DNA of 64,000 nucleotides from Rhodospirillaceae bacterium MC!. GTDB lineage: Bacteria; Pseudomonadota; Alphaproteobacteria; MC1. The stretch's first letter is position 1, and every line of letters starts with the position of its first letter. This document shows positions 36,800 to 46,604 of the stretch, piece by piece. Where the stretch lies: the NCBI GenBank assembly GCA_002632265.1, contig NQOV01000011.1, forward strand, positions 38,566 through 102,565, given 5' to 3'. The translations under genes and the position numbers were made by a program. The notes beneath the pieces are model-generated. The model searched no databases, was not told where the DNA came from, and saw nothing but the letters and a program-made list of their open reading frames with translations.

Positions 36800-38722
36800 T
36801 TATCTTTTTTTTAGGTATGCTAGTAGTAGGGTTAGGGAAGCTGGGGTTACTCCGCTGATTCGCCCTGCTTCGCCTAGGGTTGTTGGGCGGATTTTTTCGA
36901 GTTTTGAGACGATTTCGTTAGATAGTCCGCTAACAATTTTATAGTTAAAGTTTTGTGGTATTTTGTGATTTTCTTCTTTTCGGAAGCGTTCTACGTCTCG
37001 TATTTGGCGTTCTAAATACCCGGCATATTTGCCTTCTATTTCTATTTGTTCTAGGGTTTTTTTGTCGATATTATTTAATTCTTGCCACATATTTTTTAGA
37101 CTATCTATGGTAACGCCGTTATAGCTTAGGAGTTCGAAAGCACTACGGCGGACGCCATCGAGTTTTACATTTATATTGAACTTTTGCAGTTGGTTTGGAG
37201 TTGCGTTTAGGGATTTTGTTAAGTTTCGAGCTTGAGATATTTTTTCTTTTTTCTCAAGGTATAGCTCCAGACGTTTTTGAGATATCAAGTTGTATTTATT
37301 ACCTATTTCCGTAAGGCGTTGATCGGCATTATCGGAGCGTAAGAGCAATCTATATTCGGCTCTACTTGTGAACATTCTGTATGGTTCTTTTGTTCCTTTT
37401 AGGATAAGATCGTCGACCATAACGCCCATGTACGAGCTTGCACGATCGAGAACGAATATTTTTTCGGATTTTTGAGCTTTTAGGCTAGCGTTTACGCCCG
37501 CCCATAATCCTTGGGCGGCTGCTTCTTCGTACCCTGTAGACCCGTTGATCTGACCGGCGAAAAAGAGATTTTTCACGGCTGAAGTTTCTAGTGTTTTTCT
37601 TAAACATTGGGGATCAAAGAAATCGTATTCTATGGCATATCCATATGTTTCGATTTCCACATTTTCCAATCCTTTTATGGTTTTGAAAAATTGATCTTGC
37701 ACATCTTCAGGCAGGGAAGTACTCATGCCGTTGGGATAGATTAGGTTACTATTTAAGCCTTCGGGTTCTAGAAATATTTGGTGGCGGTCTTTATCGGCAA
37801 AGCGTGTAATTTTATCTTCGATACTTGGGCAGTAGCGAGGGCCGATTCCTTTTATTTGCCCTGTATATACTCCTGCTTGGTGTAGATTATCTTGAATAAT
37901 TTTATGGGATTTTTCGTTGGTATAGGTGATATAGCAGGAAATTTGGGGAGTAGTTATTTTATTGGTTAGAAAAGAGAAAGGGGTAATTTCCTCGTCGCCT
38001 TTTTGTTCGTCGAGAACGTCCCAATTGATAGAATCTTTTTTTAATCTTGCAGGCGTTCCAGTTTTAAGACGAGCCACAGGCAATCCTAAGCTTTCCAAGG
38101 TTTTCGCTAAAGATATTGACGGCTCATCACCCATACGTCCTGCTGGAGTGATTTTTTTCCCCATATGAATTTCCCCACGCAAGAAAGTACCAGCAGTAAT
38201 TATTACTGATTTCGCATGTATTTTGCCACCGCCTTTTAATATAATTCCTGTTACTTGCTTGGTGGATATTCCATTGGTAGATGTGTCGTTGAGAGATGTT
38301 CCATTGGTAGATGTGTCATTGGTAGATGTTTCATCTATAATGAGATCGTCGACACTAGATTCCAGAATATCGAGATTTTCATAATTGCTTAAAATATCTT
38401 GCACGGCATTTTTATATAAATCTCTGTCGGCTTGTGCTCGAATACCTTGAACTGCTACGCCCTTTGACTTATTTAATACACGATATTGAATTCCAGCCTG
38501 ATCAATGGCGATCGACATAACACCGCCAAGAGCGTCAATTTCACGCACCAAATGTCCCTTACCCAATCCGCCAATCGCAGGATTACAAGACATTTCTCCA
38601 ATCGTGCTAAACTTATGAGTTACCAGTAAAGTTTTAGAACCCGATCTAGCACTCGAAGCACTAGCCTCACAACCTGCATGACCACCACCAACGACAATTA
38701 CATCATAATTATTTTCTACCAT
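36800..38722 (-). CDS. mnmG: tRNA uridine-5-carboxymethylaminomethyl synthesis enzyme
   Basis: 640-aa ORF with FAD motif VIVVGGGHAGCEA and GidA-family sequence throughout. Carries a ~20-aa low-complexity insert. Confidence 0.93.
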   Translation of the reverse strand: MVENNYDVIVVGGGHAGCEASASSARSGSKTLLVTHKFSTIGEMSCNPAIGGLGKGHLVREIDALGGVMSIAIDQAGIQYRVLNKSKGVAVQGIRAQADRDLYKNAVQDILSNYENLDILESSVDDLIIDETSTNDTSTNGTSLNDTSTNGISTKQVTGIILKGGGKIHAKSVIITAGTFLRGEIHMGKKITPAGRMGDEPSISLAKTLESLGLPVARLKTGTPARLKKDSINWDVLDEQKGDEEITPFSFLTNKITTPQISCYITYTNEKSHKIIQDNLHQAGVYTGQIKGIGPRYCPSIEDKITRFADKDRHQIFLEPEGLNSNLIYPNGMSTSLPEDVQDQFFKTIKGLENVEIETYGYAIEYDFFDPQCLRKTLETSAVKNLFFAGQINGSTGYEEAAAQGLWAGVNASLKAQKSEKIFVLDRASSYMGVMVDDLILKGTKEPYRMFTSRAEYRLLLRSDNADQRLTEIGNKYNLISQKRLELYLEKKEKISQARNLTKSLNATPNQLQKFNINVKLDGVRRSAFELLSYNGVTIDSLKNMWQELNNIDKKTLEQIEIEGKYAGYLERQIRDVERFRKEENHKIPQNFNYKIVSGLSNEIVSKLEKIRPTTLGEAGRISGVTPASLTLLLAYLKKR

Positions 38723-38845
38723 ATTATATTCTTTCGTGTATATACTTTTTACAGTTCTTGATTATATAGAGTATAGCATAGTTTTTACCTTTTTACCATA
38801 GATAAAAAGATAATAATCAGATTATTTTAGAGTTAGGATTTTAAG

Positions 38846-39205
38846 TTAAGATATGTCAAGGGTAACATGTTCTCCACCTAGGATGTGCATATGGAAATGT
38901 GGAACTTCTTGACCGCCGTCTTTTCCTAAGTTGGTAATGGCACGATAGCCACTATCAGCAACTCCAACTTGATTTGATATTAAATTTAATGATTTAAAGA
39001 AATCTACAATTTCTTTATCTGTTGCTTTTTCTGTAAAGTGGTTCACATCCACATAAGATCCCTTAGGAATTACCACGATATGGACTTTTTTTGCAGGATT
39101 AATATCTTTAAAAGCCAAAGTAAATTCACTTTCAAAAACCTTATCGCAAGGAATTTCTCCCCTTAAAATTTTAGCGAATATGTTTTGATTATCATAAGTT
39201 TTCAT
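38846..39205 (-). CDS. HIT-family (HinT-like) nucleotide hydrolase
   Basis: 119-aa ORF with the histidine triad HFHMHILGG. Confidence 0.85.
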   Translation of the reverse strand: MKTYDNQNIFAKILRGEIPCDKVFESEFTLAFKDINPAKKVHIVVIPKGSYVDVNHFTEKATDKEIVDFFKSLNLISNQVGVADSGYRAITNLGKDGGQEVPHFHMHILGGEHVTLDIS

Positions 39206-39314
39206 TTTATAAATCTCCTAGTTGTTTTGCTTTCCATTAAAAATGTTTTTCACATTCCTTTATTATATATAAAGACTATTAACAAACCATTAAAAATCTA
39301 TATTTTATAGAAAA

Positions 39315-39330
39315 TGATTCACGTGAAACA
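39315..39330. promoter_or_regulatory. parS: parS centromere-like site (15/16 match)
   Basis: TGATTCACGTGAAACA versus consensus TGTTTCACGTGAAACA. Confidence 0.8.
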
Positions 39331-39577
39331 TTTTGAGAATGGAGTGGCATAAGCTTAAATTTATAGCTGTGAAACTATGAAACATGTAAGGAGAATTTTG
39401 TGAGAATTATTAAAATCCATAGAGAAAATGTTTTTTATGAGCTAAAATATTTCTGTTATATTTATAGAAAGAAATCACAGATAAAATAATATATATGTAA
39501 ACTCATAAGAATAGTTCCATATGCTTGTTAAGATTTTTTCTATATTTTTCAAGATGATTTTAAGATCGTTACGCAAG

Positions 39578-39593
39578 TGTTTCACGTGAAACA
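39578..39593. promoter_or_regulatory. parS: parS centromere-like site (perfect palindrome)
   Basis: TGTTTCACGTGAAACA read directly. Confidence 0.88.
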
Positions 39594-39723
39594 ATTGCTA
39601 TTCCTTTTGATCTATTTTTGTAACGAATATATTATCAATGTCAGATATATAATATTTTTTGTTGGATAAAATATCAAGAACGCATAAGTATTATCAACAA
39701 CAATCTTTAAATCATTTCGTATA

Positions 39724-39739
39724 TGTTTCACGTGAAACA
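39724..39739. promoter_or_regulatory. parS: parS centromere-like site (perfect palindrome)
   Basis: TGTTTCACGTGAAACA read directly. Confidence 0.88.
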
Positions 39740-40064
39740 TTCCAAAATAACTACGCTTTTCTCTCTTTTAGAAGCTTAAAAGCGAGCTTTTTCCATGCTA
39801 CCCCTTAGGTTTCATCTTGATAATCTTAAGAGATCTTATAACTAAGAAAAAAAATCTTTTAAAATATAGAAAATACAAAAGGTTAAAGATGTATTAATTT
39901 TTTATAGTTGTTTTTGTTTTTCTTATGAAGTATATTTTATATATAAGAGTAAAATAGCATTTTTTCCCATTTTTATGGTTTGCTGTTTGTTTATTGGGGT
40001 GATTACAACTTAACTAAGTTCTTGTATATAATCCTTTTTTGAATAGATTGCGAAAGAATTTAAG

Positions 40065-40718
40065 ATGAATTTTGATGAATTTAGCGAAAAAATTAATTTA
40101 CCGTTGGCTGTCTACAACAATCTCGAATTGTATGTGGATTTATTGAAGAAGTGGCAAAAATCCATTAATTTAATATCGAAAAACACGATTGATGACATTT
40201 GGGATCGTCATATAATTGATAGTGTTCAGCTCGTCAAATGTATTCCGCAGAGTGTCAAGAGCATTTGCGATCTTGGGAGTGGTGGCGGATTTCCTGGGCT
40301 GGTTATTGCCATTTCTTGCCCGCAGATCCATATAACTCTTGTTGATTCAGACAAGCGAAAATGTGCTTTTTTAAAGGAAGTTACTCGTAAACTTTCCTTA
40401 AAAAATGTAAAAGTTCTTTCGGAGCGAATCCAAGATATAAACGATAATTATGACCTAATAACATCCAGAGCTTTAGCTAAGCTTTCCTTATTAATTGAGT
40501 TATCGGCTAATCTTATTCATGATGATTCGCTAGCGTTATTTTTAAAAGGCAACGGCTACAAAGATGAAATAAAAGAGCTGGAGAGCGAAAACCCACTCAT
40601 GGATCTTCCACTTATAATTGAAGAGATCATTCCAAGTATAACCCATAAGGAGTCGGTTATTATTAGGATGTCGGCAATTGGTTCGCTGGATAAGATTCAA
40701 AAAGCAATGGCAGATTAA
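40065..40718 (+). CDS. rsmG: 16S rRNA (guanine527-N7)-methyltransferase
   Basis: 217-aa ORF with the SAM motif DLGSGGGFPGLVIA; precedes parAB. Confidence 0.9.
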   Translation: MNFDEFSEKINLPLAVYNNLELYVDLLKKWQKSINLISKNTIDDIWDRHIIDSVQLVKCIPQSVKSICDLGSGGGFPGLVIAISCPQIHITLVDSDKRKCAFLKEVTRKLSLKNVKVLSERIQDINDNYDLITSRALAKLSLLIELSANLIHDDSLALFLKGNGYKDEIKELESENPLMDLPLIIEEIIPSITHKESVIIRMSAIGSLDKIQKAMAD

Positions 40719-40785
40719 GCCATATTTTACTCATATTAAATCATATAATATTTCTAAAGAATATAAAATAAAAGGATAGCATATA

Positions 40786-41577
40786 ATGACAAGAATTTTA
40801 GCGGTATCAAACCAAAAGGGCGGAGTGGGAAAGACCACAACTGCCATAAATCTAGCTACAACCTTGGCGGCGGTAGATAAAAAAGTTTTGCTTGTGGATT
40901 TAGATCCCCAAGGAAATGCTTCTACAGGATTGGGGTTGTCTTTAGCTAATAGGGAAAAGAATCTCTATCATCTGTTGGCGGATCTTGCCACTTTCGATGA
41001 AGTTCTCTTTAAAACAGACATACCTAACTTGGATCTTCTACCTGCAGGGCAAGATTTGGCAGCTTTGGAGGTGGAGCTTTCAACTTTAGATGATCCGCAA
41101 TTTCATGTTAAGAATGTTATCGAACCTTATGCAAACTCCGAAGGATATGATTTTGTTCTTGTGGATTGTCCCCCAGCTTTGGGATTGTTGACCATTAACG
41201 CTTTGGTCATGTCTACCGGGGTTTTAGTGCCGTTACAAACGGAATTTTTTGCTCTCGAAGGGGTGGCTCAATTGCTAAAAACCATTGAAGCGGTAAAAGA
41301 GAATTTTAATCAAAGACTCACATTACAAGGGATTGTTTTAACAATGTTTGACAAGCGTAATAGACTATCGGTGCAGGTGGAAAACGATGTGCGAAACACC
41401 TTTGGCGATCTCGTATATAAAACCGTCATTCCTCGTAATGTGCGAGTAAGCGAGGCCCCAAGCTTTGGTAAACCTGTAATTCTCTACGATATGAAATCTG
41501 CAGGAGCTAAAGCATATTTAGATCTCGCACGTGAGGCCATAGATAGAGAAGATGAGAATCTCGCTCATTCTCAATAA
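40786..41577 (+). CDS. parA: chromosome partitioning ATPase
   Basis: 263-aa ORF with the deviant Walker A NQKGGVGKTT. Confidence 0.92.
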   Translation: MTRILAVSNQKGGVGKTTTAINLATTLAAVDKKVLLVDLDPQGNASTGLGLSLANREKNLYHLLADLATFDEVLFKTDIPNLDLLPAGQDLAALEVELSTLDDPQFHVKNVIEPYANSEGYDFVLVDCPPALGLLTINALVMSTGVLVPLQTEFFALEGVAQLLKTIEAVKENFNQRLTLQGIVLTMFDKRNRLSVQVENDVRNTFGDLVYKTVIPRNVRVSEAPSFGKPVILYDMKSAGAKAYLDLAREAIDREDENLAHSQ

Positions 41578-41687
41578 CTGTATTCAATAACCATATTAAA
41601 CAACTGTATAAAGAGCGGTGAAAAACTACACCTTATTTTACACGCTCCTTTAATATCTAACAACAATCTTAAGTAGGAATAAATATA

Positions 41688-42614
41688 ATGTCTAATGAAA
41701 AACAAAAATTCGGATTAGGTCAAGGTTTGGGATCTTTATTGGGAAACACCACCACGCAAAAAGCTACGGTTGAGCATATTCAAAGTAGCGAAGTTGCGTC
41801 AGATAACAGCTATCCCCATACTCTGCCTTTATCCGCCTTAAGACCCAATCAATGGCAACCAAGAAAGCAAATTAACGACGAAGACATCGAAGAGTTAGCA
41901 GATTCCATTATCACAAAAGGAGTCTTGCAACCTATTTTAGTTCGTCCGATTACTGATAGTAATGATGAGTACGAAATTGTTGCAGGGGAACGCCGTTGGC
42001 GAGCGTCGCAAAAGGCGAATTTAGAAAATATCCCTGTGGTGGTTAAAGAGTTTGACGATAAACAATCAGCAGAAATCGCACTTGTGGAAAATCTCCAACG
42101 TGAGGATCTGTCGCCCCTAGATGAAGCTTTAGGATTCGATAAACTTATGAAAAACTTCGGCTATACTCAAGATGTTGTAGCTCAAGGGATTGGGAAATCA
42201 AGATCATATGTGGCGAATATGCTAAGACTCTTAACTCTGCCCGATGATGTGAAAGATCTTCTAGATTCAAAACAAATCTCAATGGGTCATGCCAGAGCTT
42301 TAATCTCGTCCGAAGATCCCATGGGTTTAGCTAAGGAAATCTTAGAAAACTCCCTAAATGTCCGTGAAACAGAAGAGTTAGTTAAAGCAGATAAGGAACA
42401 AAAAGAAAATCAACCCAGCAAAAAAAACACCCCACCAATAGAGGTAAAACTTCCAGAACCAGTACGCTACGCATCAGAAAAAATCTCAACATTCTTCAGT
42501 AAAGAAATCAAAATCTCTCACGGAAAAGGCAAAAACCAAGAAGGTGGAACTATCATCATCGAATATAAAACCATAGACGAGTTGGAAAATATCGTAAATA
42601 AGTTTGATTCTTAA
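41688..42614 (+). CDS. parB: chromosome partitioning protein, parS-binding
   Basis: 308-aa ORF with the ParB box GERRWRA and an HTH region. Confidence 0.92.
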   Translation: MSNEKQKFGLGQGLGSLLGNTTTQKATVEHIQSSEVASDNSYPHTLPLSALRPNQWQPRKQINDEDIEELADSIITKGVLQPILVRPITDSNDEYEIVAGERRWRASQKANLENIPVVVKEFDDKQSAEIALVENLQREDLSPLDEALGFDKLMKNFGYTQDVVAQGIGKSRSYVANMLRLLTLPDDVKDLLDSKQISMGHARALISSEDPMGLAKEILENSLNVRETEELVKADKEQKENQPSKKNTPPIEVKLPEPVRYASEKISTFFSKEIKISHGKGKNQEGGTIIIEYKTIDELENIVNKFDS

Positions 42615-42730
42615 GGTTCTTGCCTTGATCGGACGATCTAAGCATGGCATATTTAAGATAGGATTTAGGTTGTTTTGTATGATATCTATAGGAATTTTAG
42701 GATGTAAAAGTTAAGATCCATATAAAAAAT
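42615..42730 (+). repeat. core-family dispersed repeat, copy G (forward, diverged core, long tail)
   Basis: GGTTCTTGCCTTGATCGGACGATCTAAGCATGGCAT...GGATTTAGGTTGTTTTGTATG... aligns with 36369-36510; starts at the base after the parB stop. Confidence 0.7.
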
Positions 42731-42795
42731 AGGCTATAGTATCAAGTATATTGTGAGTAGAGTATTATATAAATAAAGGACCATAATAAAAGAAT

Positions 42796-42837
42796 ATGAG
42801 TAACAGAATATGAGTAACAGAACATGAGTAACAGAAA
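42796..42837 (+). repeat. 14-bp tandem repeat (ATGAGTAACAGAAN), three copies, abutting a start codon
   Basis: ATGs at 42796, 42810 and 42824, then the gene ATG at 42838. Confidence 0.9.
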
Positions 42838-44040
42838 ATGAAAAGAATCACAATCACAGCTTTAATATTATCCATATGCACACTGCCAAGTATAACCCTA
42901 GCTCATACGGATATAACACATATTGATAAAACACACATTAAAGATCAAGCCATAGAATCATGCTTAAAGGAGAAAACTCCAAATATATGTATGCACAATC
43001 TAGCCATAAAAAATAATATCCAAGCTCAAGCAGATTTGGGAATTATGTATTATCATGTTAAAGGTAAGGAAAAACAAAATTATAAACAGGCTTTATATTG
43101 GTTCAAAAAATCAGCACTAAAAGGGAATGCTCAAGCTCAAAATAATCTGGGAATTATGTATTATTATGGCTATGGAATAAAACAAGATTATAAAAAAGCC
43201 TTATATTGGTTTACAAAATCCCTAAAACAAAACAATTCAGACGCTCAAAATAATATGGGAGAAATGTATTATTTTGGCAATAATGCAGTAAAACAAAATT
43301 ATAAAACCTCTTTAGATTGGTATAGAAAATCAGCTAAGCAAAATAATTCGGATGCTCAATATCACATAGCTATAATGTATGATAACGGTAACGGAGTAAA
43401 ACAAGATGAAAAGATCGCTCTGGATTGGTATTTAAAATCTGCAAAAAATGGCAACGCCAACGCTCAATTTCAAATGGGTATTATCTATGATAATGGTAAC
43501 GGAGTAAAACAAGATTACGTCAAAGCCGCATCTTGGTATTTAAAATCAGCAAAACAAAACAACGCAAAAGCTCAAAATAATCTTGCGATCATCTATAAAA
43601 ACGGCAAAGGCAGAATAAAAAAAGATATGCTCTTTGCTTTGCAAATGTTTATGCAATCGGCAAAGCTCGGCAATATAACCGCTCAAATTAATTTAGCCAA
43701 TGAAGAATACAACGGTATAGATATGGAAATAAATTATAAACAAGCCTTATATTGGTATCTAAAAGCCGCTCAAAAAGGCAACGCAGACGCTCAAGCAAAC
43801 GTAGGATATATGTACAAAACCGCAAGAGGAACAAAACTCAATTATAAAAAAGCTTTCTATTGGTATCTAAAATCTGCAAAACAAGGCAATAAATATGCCG
43901 AATTCCACCTAGCCACCCTATACGATTACGGTAACGGCGTAAAACCCAACAAAAAACAAGCCTTATACTGGTACAAAAAATCCGCCAAGCAAGGTATAAA
44001 AGACGCTCAAGAGAATATATCTCTCTTAAATATAAACTAA
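42838..44040 (+). CDS. secreted Sel1-repeat protein (about 9 SLR units)
   Basis: 400-aa ORF with a signal peptide and repeated AQxNLGxMYxxGxGVKQDYxKAxxWYxKSAxQGN units. Confidence 0.85.
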   Translation: MKRITITALILSICTLPSITLAHTDITHIDKTHIKDQAIESCLKEKTPNICMHNLAIKNNIQAQADLGIMYYHVKGKEKQNYKQALYWFKKSALKGNAQAQNNLGIMYYYGYGIKQDYKKALYWFTKSLKQNNSDAQNNMGEMYYFGNNAVKQNYKTSLDWYRKSAKQNNSDAQYHIAIMYDNGNGVKQDEKIALDWYLKSAKNGNANAQFQMGIIYDNGNGVKQDYVKAASWYLKSAKQNNAKAQNNLAIIYKNGKGRIKKDMLFALQMFMQSAKLGNITAQINLANEEYNGIDMEINYKQALYWYLKAAQKGNADAQANVGYMYKTARGTKLNYKKAFYWYLKSAKQGNKYAEFHLATLYDYGNGVKPNKKQALYWYKKSAKQGIKDAQENISLLNIN

Positions 44041-44051
44041 TTTTCGCCAAT

Positions 44052-44135
44052 GTCTTATCAGAGCGTCTGAACAAAGCTTGTTCTATTTCATTCTATTCTA
44101 TTTCATTCCGTGTGGGGTATGTGGATAGCTGTGTG
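44052..44135 (+). repeat. core-family dispersed repeat, copy H (forward, diverged)
   Basis: GTCTTATCAGAGCGTCTGAACAAAGCTTG...GTGTGGGGTATGTGGATAGCTGTGTG. Confidence 0.65.
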
Positions 44136-44224
44136 TTTTACATCCTAAGCCTAAGTTAACAACTTAACACAGGTAATATATTTCACAAAGAGAGCAAGAG
44201 AGAAAAAAATAATATTTTTTACTC

Positions 44225-44253
44225 TTGATTATGTGAAAAGAATATTATATAAT
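44225..44253 (+). promoter_or_regulatory. sigma70-like promoter
   Basis: TTGATT, 17-nt spacer, TATAAT; about 75 nt upstream of the ATG at 44327. Confidence 0.45.
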
Positions 44254-44326
44254 ATATGACTTAAGATATAAGTACGTATAAAATACAAAATATATTAAAT
44301 ATAACAGTTTCTTGGAGTATAGTTTT

Positions 44327-45673
44327 ATGGGAAATAATTGGAATGTGGATAGTTGGCGTAACAAAGTAGGTTTACAAATGCCTACTTACACAGATGAAAA
44401 AGAGTTAAATGAAGTTTTAACAGAATTAAAGAGTTTACCGCCTTTGGCGTTTGCAGGTGAAGTCCGCTCTTTAAGGGCTGATCTGGCTAAGGTTGCACAT
44501 GGTAAAGCTTTTTTACTTCAAGGTGGCGATTGTGCGGAAAGTTTTAAGGAGTTTTCGGCGGAATATGTTAAAGGTACGGTATCTTTGATCTTTAAAATGG
44601 CGGTTGTCTTGATGTATGGTACGGGTTTACCTGTGGTTAAGGTTGGGCGTCTTGCTGGTCAGTTCTCAAAGCCGAGATCATCAGATACAGAAACACAAAA
44701 CGGCGTAGAACTTCCGTCATATCGTGGCGACATTATCAATAGTGTTCCTTTTTCTGCCGAGGCAAGAAAGAACGATCCACAAAGAATGTTACGAGCTTAC
44801 AATCAATCGGCACAATGTATGAATCTAATGCGTGCTTTTTGTACTGGCGGTTTTGCTGATATTCATAATATCCACAAGTGGAATTCTTCATTCGTTGACG
44901 GTCAAAATAACGAACGCTACAGAGATTTAGTAAACGATATTGATCGTGGTATTAAATTCATGGATAGTATGGGTTTAAATTCTTCTACTTCAAGTAATTT
45001 AGCGGTTACTACTTTGTACACATCTCATGAAGCTTTACTTCTTCCCTATGAAGAAGCACTAACTCGTAAGGATACCATTACATCAGAAGGTAAAGACTGG
45101 GTTAATACATCAGCTCATATGTTATGGATCGGCGAACGTACTCGCCAGTTGGACGGATCTCATTTGGAATTCATGCGTGGTATTATCAATCCTATCGGCT
45201 GTAAAATTAGTGATACGATGACTCCTGAAGATTTAATTACTCTTATTGATATCTTAAATCCTGATAATATCCCAGGTAAATTAACTTTAATTACTCGCTT
45301 TGGAGCAAATAAAATTGAAGATTATTTGCCTGCCTTAGTGGAAAAAGTTAAAACCGAAGGCAGACACGTTATATGGTCTTGTGATCCTATGCACGGTAAT
45401 ACGGAATCAGCTAGCGGTTATAAAACTCGTAAATTCGAAAACATCGTCAAAGAAATAGCGTCTTTTGTGAAAGTTCATAAGGAAAAAGGCACTCATCCAG
45501 GTGGTATCCATTTGGAAATGACTGGGGCAAATGTAACCGAATGTGTTGGCGGATCTTATCAAGTTACCGAGGGCGAGTTGTCTGATCGCTATCATACCCA
45601 TTGCGATCCACGTTTGAATCATAATCAAGCTTTGGAAATCGCTTTCTGGTTGGCTGAAGCGTTTAACTCTTAA
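44327..45673 (+). CDS. class II (plant-like) 3-deoxy-7-phosphoheptulonate synthase
   Basis: About 448 aa with the class II N-terminal block W..SWR.K...Q.P.Y and LLQGGDCAESF. The ATG at 44327 with GGAG 9 nt upstream is preferred over the TTG at 44312. Confidence 0.88.
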   Translation: MGNNWNVDSWRNKVGLQMPTYTDEKELNEVLTELKSLPPLAFAGEVRSLRADLAKVAHGKAFLLQGGDCAESFKEFSAEYVKGTVSLIFKMAVVLMYGTGLPVVKVGRLAGQFSKPRSSDTETQNGVELPSYRGDIINSVPFSAEARKNDPQRMLRAYNQSAQCMNLMRAFCTGGFADIHNIHKWNSSFVDGQNNERYRDLVNDIDRGIKFMDSMGLNSSTSSNLAVTTLYTSHEALLLPYEEALTRKDTITSEGKDWVNTSAHMLWIGERTRQLDGSHLEFMRGIINPIGCKISDTMTPEDLITLIDILNPDNIPGKLTLITRFGANKIEDYLPALVEKVKTEGRHVIWSCDPMHGNTESASGYKTRKFENIVKEIASFVKVHKEKGTHPGGIHLEMTGANVTECVGGSYQVTEGELSDRYHTHCDPRLNHNQALEIAFWLAEAFNS

Positions 45674-45821
45674 TTTTAATATGTAAGCTAATTATAGCAA
45701 GATAAATATAGTGAGTTATCTAAAACGTTCTTGTATCGTAATAAGGGGATATCTCTTGGCTTAAGTTAATTATATTATAAATTATTATTATAAATTATTA
45801 TTATAAAAGGTATCTATAAAG

Positions 45822-46454
45822 ATGATCGCTAAATTACGTGGAAAGCTTGACGAAGTGCTAGAAAATGCCGTTATCTTAGATGTTAATGGCGTAGGATATT
45901 TGGTTCATGCTTCATCGAAGACTTTGGCGTCCATGCCGAAAATTGACGAAGAGTTAGTATTGTGGGTGGAAACTATCGTGCGTGAAGATTCTATTACTTT
46001 ATACGGTTTTTCATCTAAGGCCGATAAGGTGTGGTTTAAGCTCTTAACCACCGTTCAAGGTGTTGGAGCTAAGGTTGGCTTGGCGATTCTTTCGGTTGCT
46101 GATTCCGATTCCATGGCTTTGGCGATCTCAAGTGAAGATATTGCCATATTTACCCAAGCTTCTGGAGTGGGGAAAAAGGTCGCAACTAGAATCGTTAGCG
46201 AATTAAAAGATAAAGTACAGAAATTATCCCTTGCCCCAACTGTGGGAGCTAAAATCGGCAATGCTACCGTTTTAAGTGCGAATACTAGAAGTATATCCGA
46301 TTCGGCGTCGGCCTTAATTAATTTGGGCTTTGGTAGAGCCGAAGCCTTAGAGGCTGTTTCTAAAATCGCCAGCGAAAGCGAAACAGATTTGAGCGTGTCC
46401 GAACTTATTACCCAAGGTTTATCTCGTTTATCATCCCACGCTAAAGGAGTGTGA
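45822..46454 (+). CDS. ruvA: Holliday junction DNA helicase subunit A
   Basis: 210-aa ORF with the typical MIAKLRGKL start and HhH motifs (GVGAKVGLAIL, GVGKKVATRI). Confidence 0.9.
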   Translation: MIAKLRGKLDEVLENAVILDVNGVGYLVHASSKTLASMPKIDEELVLWVETIVREDSITLYGFSSKADKVWFKLLTTVQGVGAKVGLAILSVADSDSMALAISSEDIAIFTQASGVGKKVATRIVSELKDKVQKLSLAPTVGAKIGNATVLSANTRSISDSASALINLGFGRAEALEAVSKIASESETDLSVSELITQGLSRLSSHAKGV

Positions 46455-46465
46455 GAAAGCTTTCA

Positions 46466-46570
46466 ATTATTTTTTTCATTCTTTTTCATTTTTTTTAACT
46501 CTTTTCCACTCTTTTCCACTCTTTTTTAAGCTTGTAAAGTTAAGTTTGTAAAGTTAAGTTTGTAAATTTC
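46466..46570. repeat. cluster of short tandem repeats (11-bp CTCTTTTCCA-type, two copies; 15-bp GTAAAGTTAAGTTT-type, 2.5 copies)
   Basis: Read directly in the ruvA-ruvB spacer. Confidence 0.8.
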
Positions 46571-46604
46571 TACCATATCTAAATCTTAAGGAATAATTAT
46601 ACCC

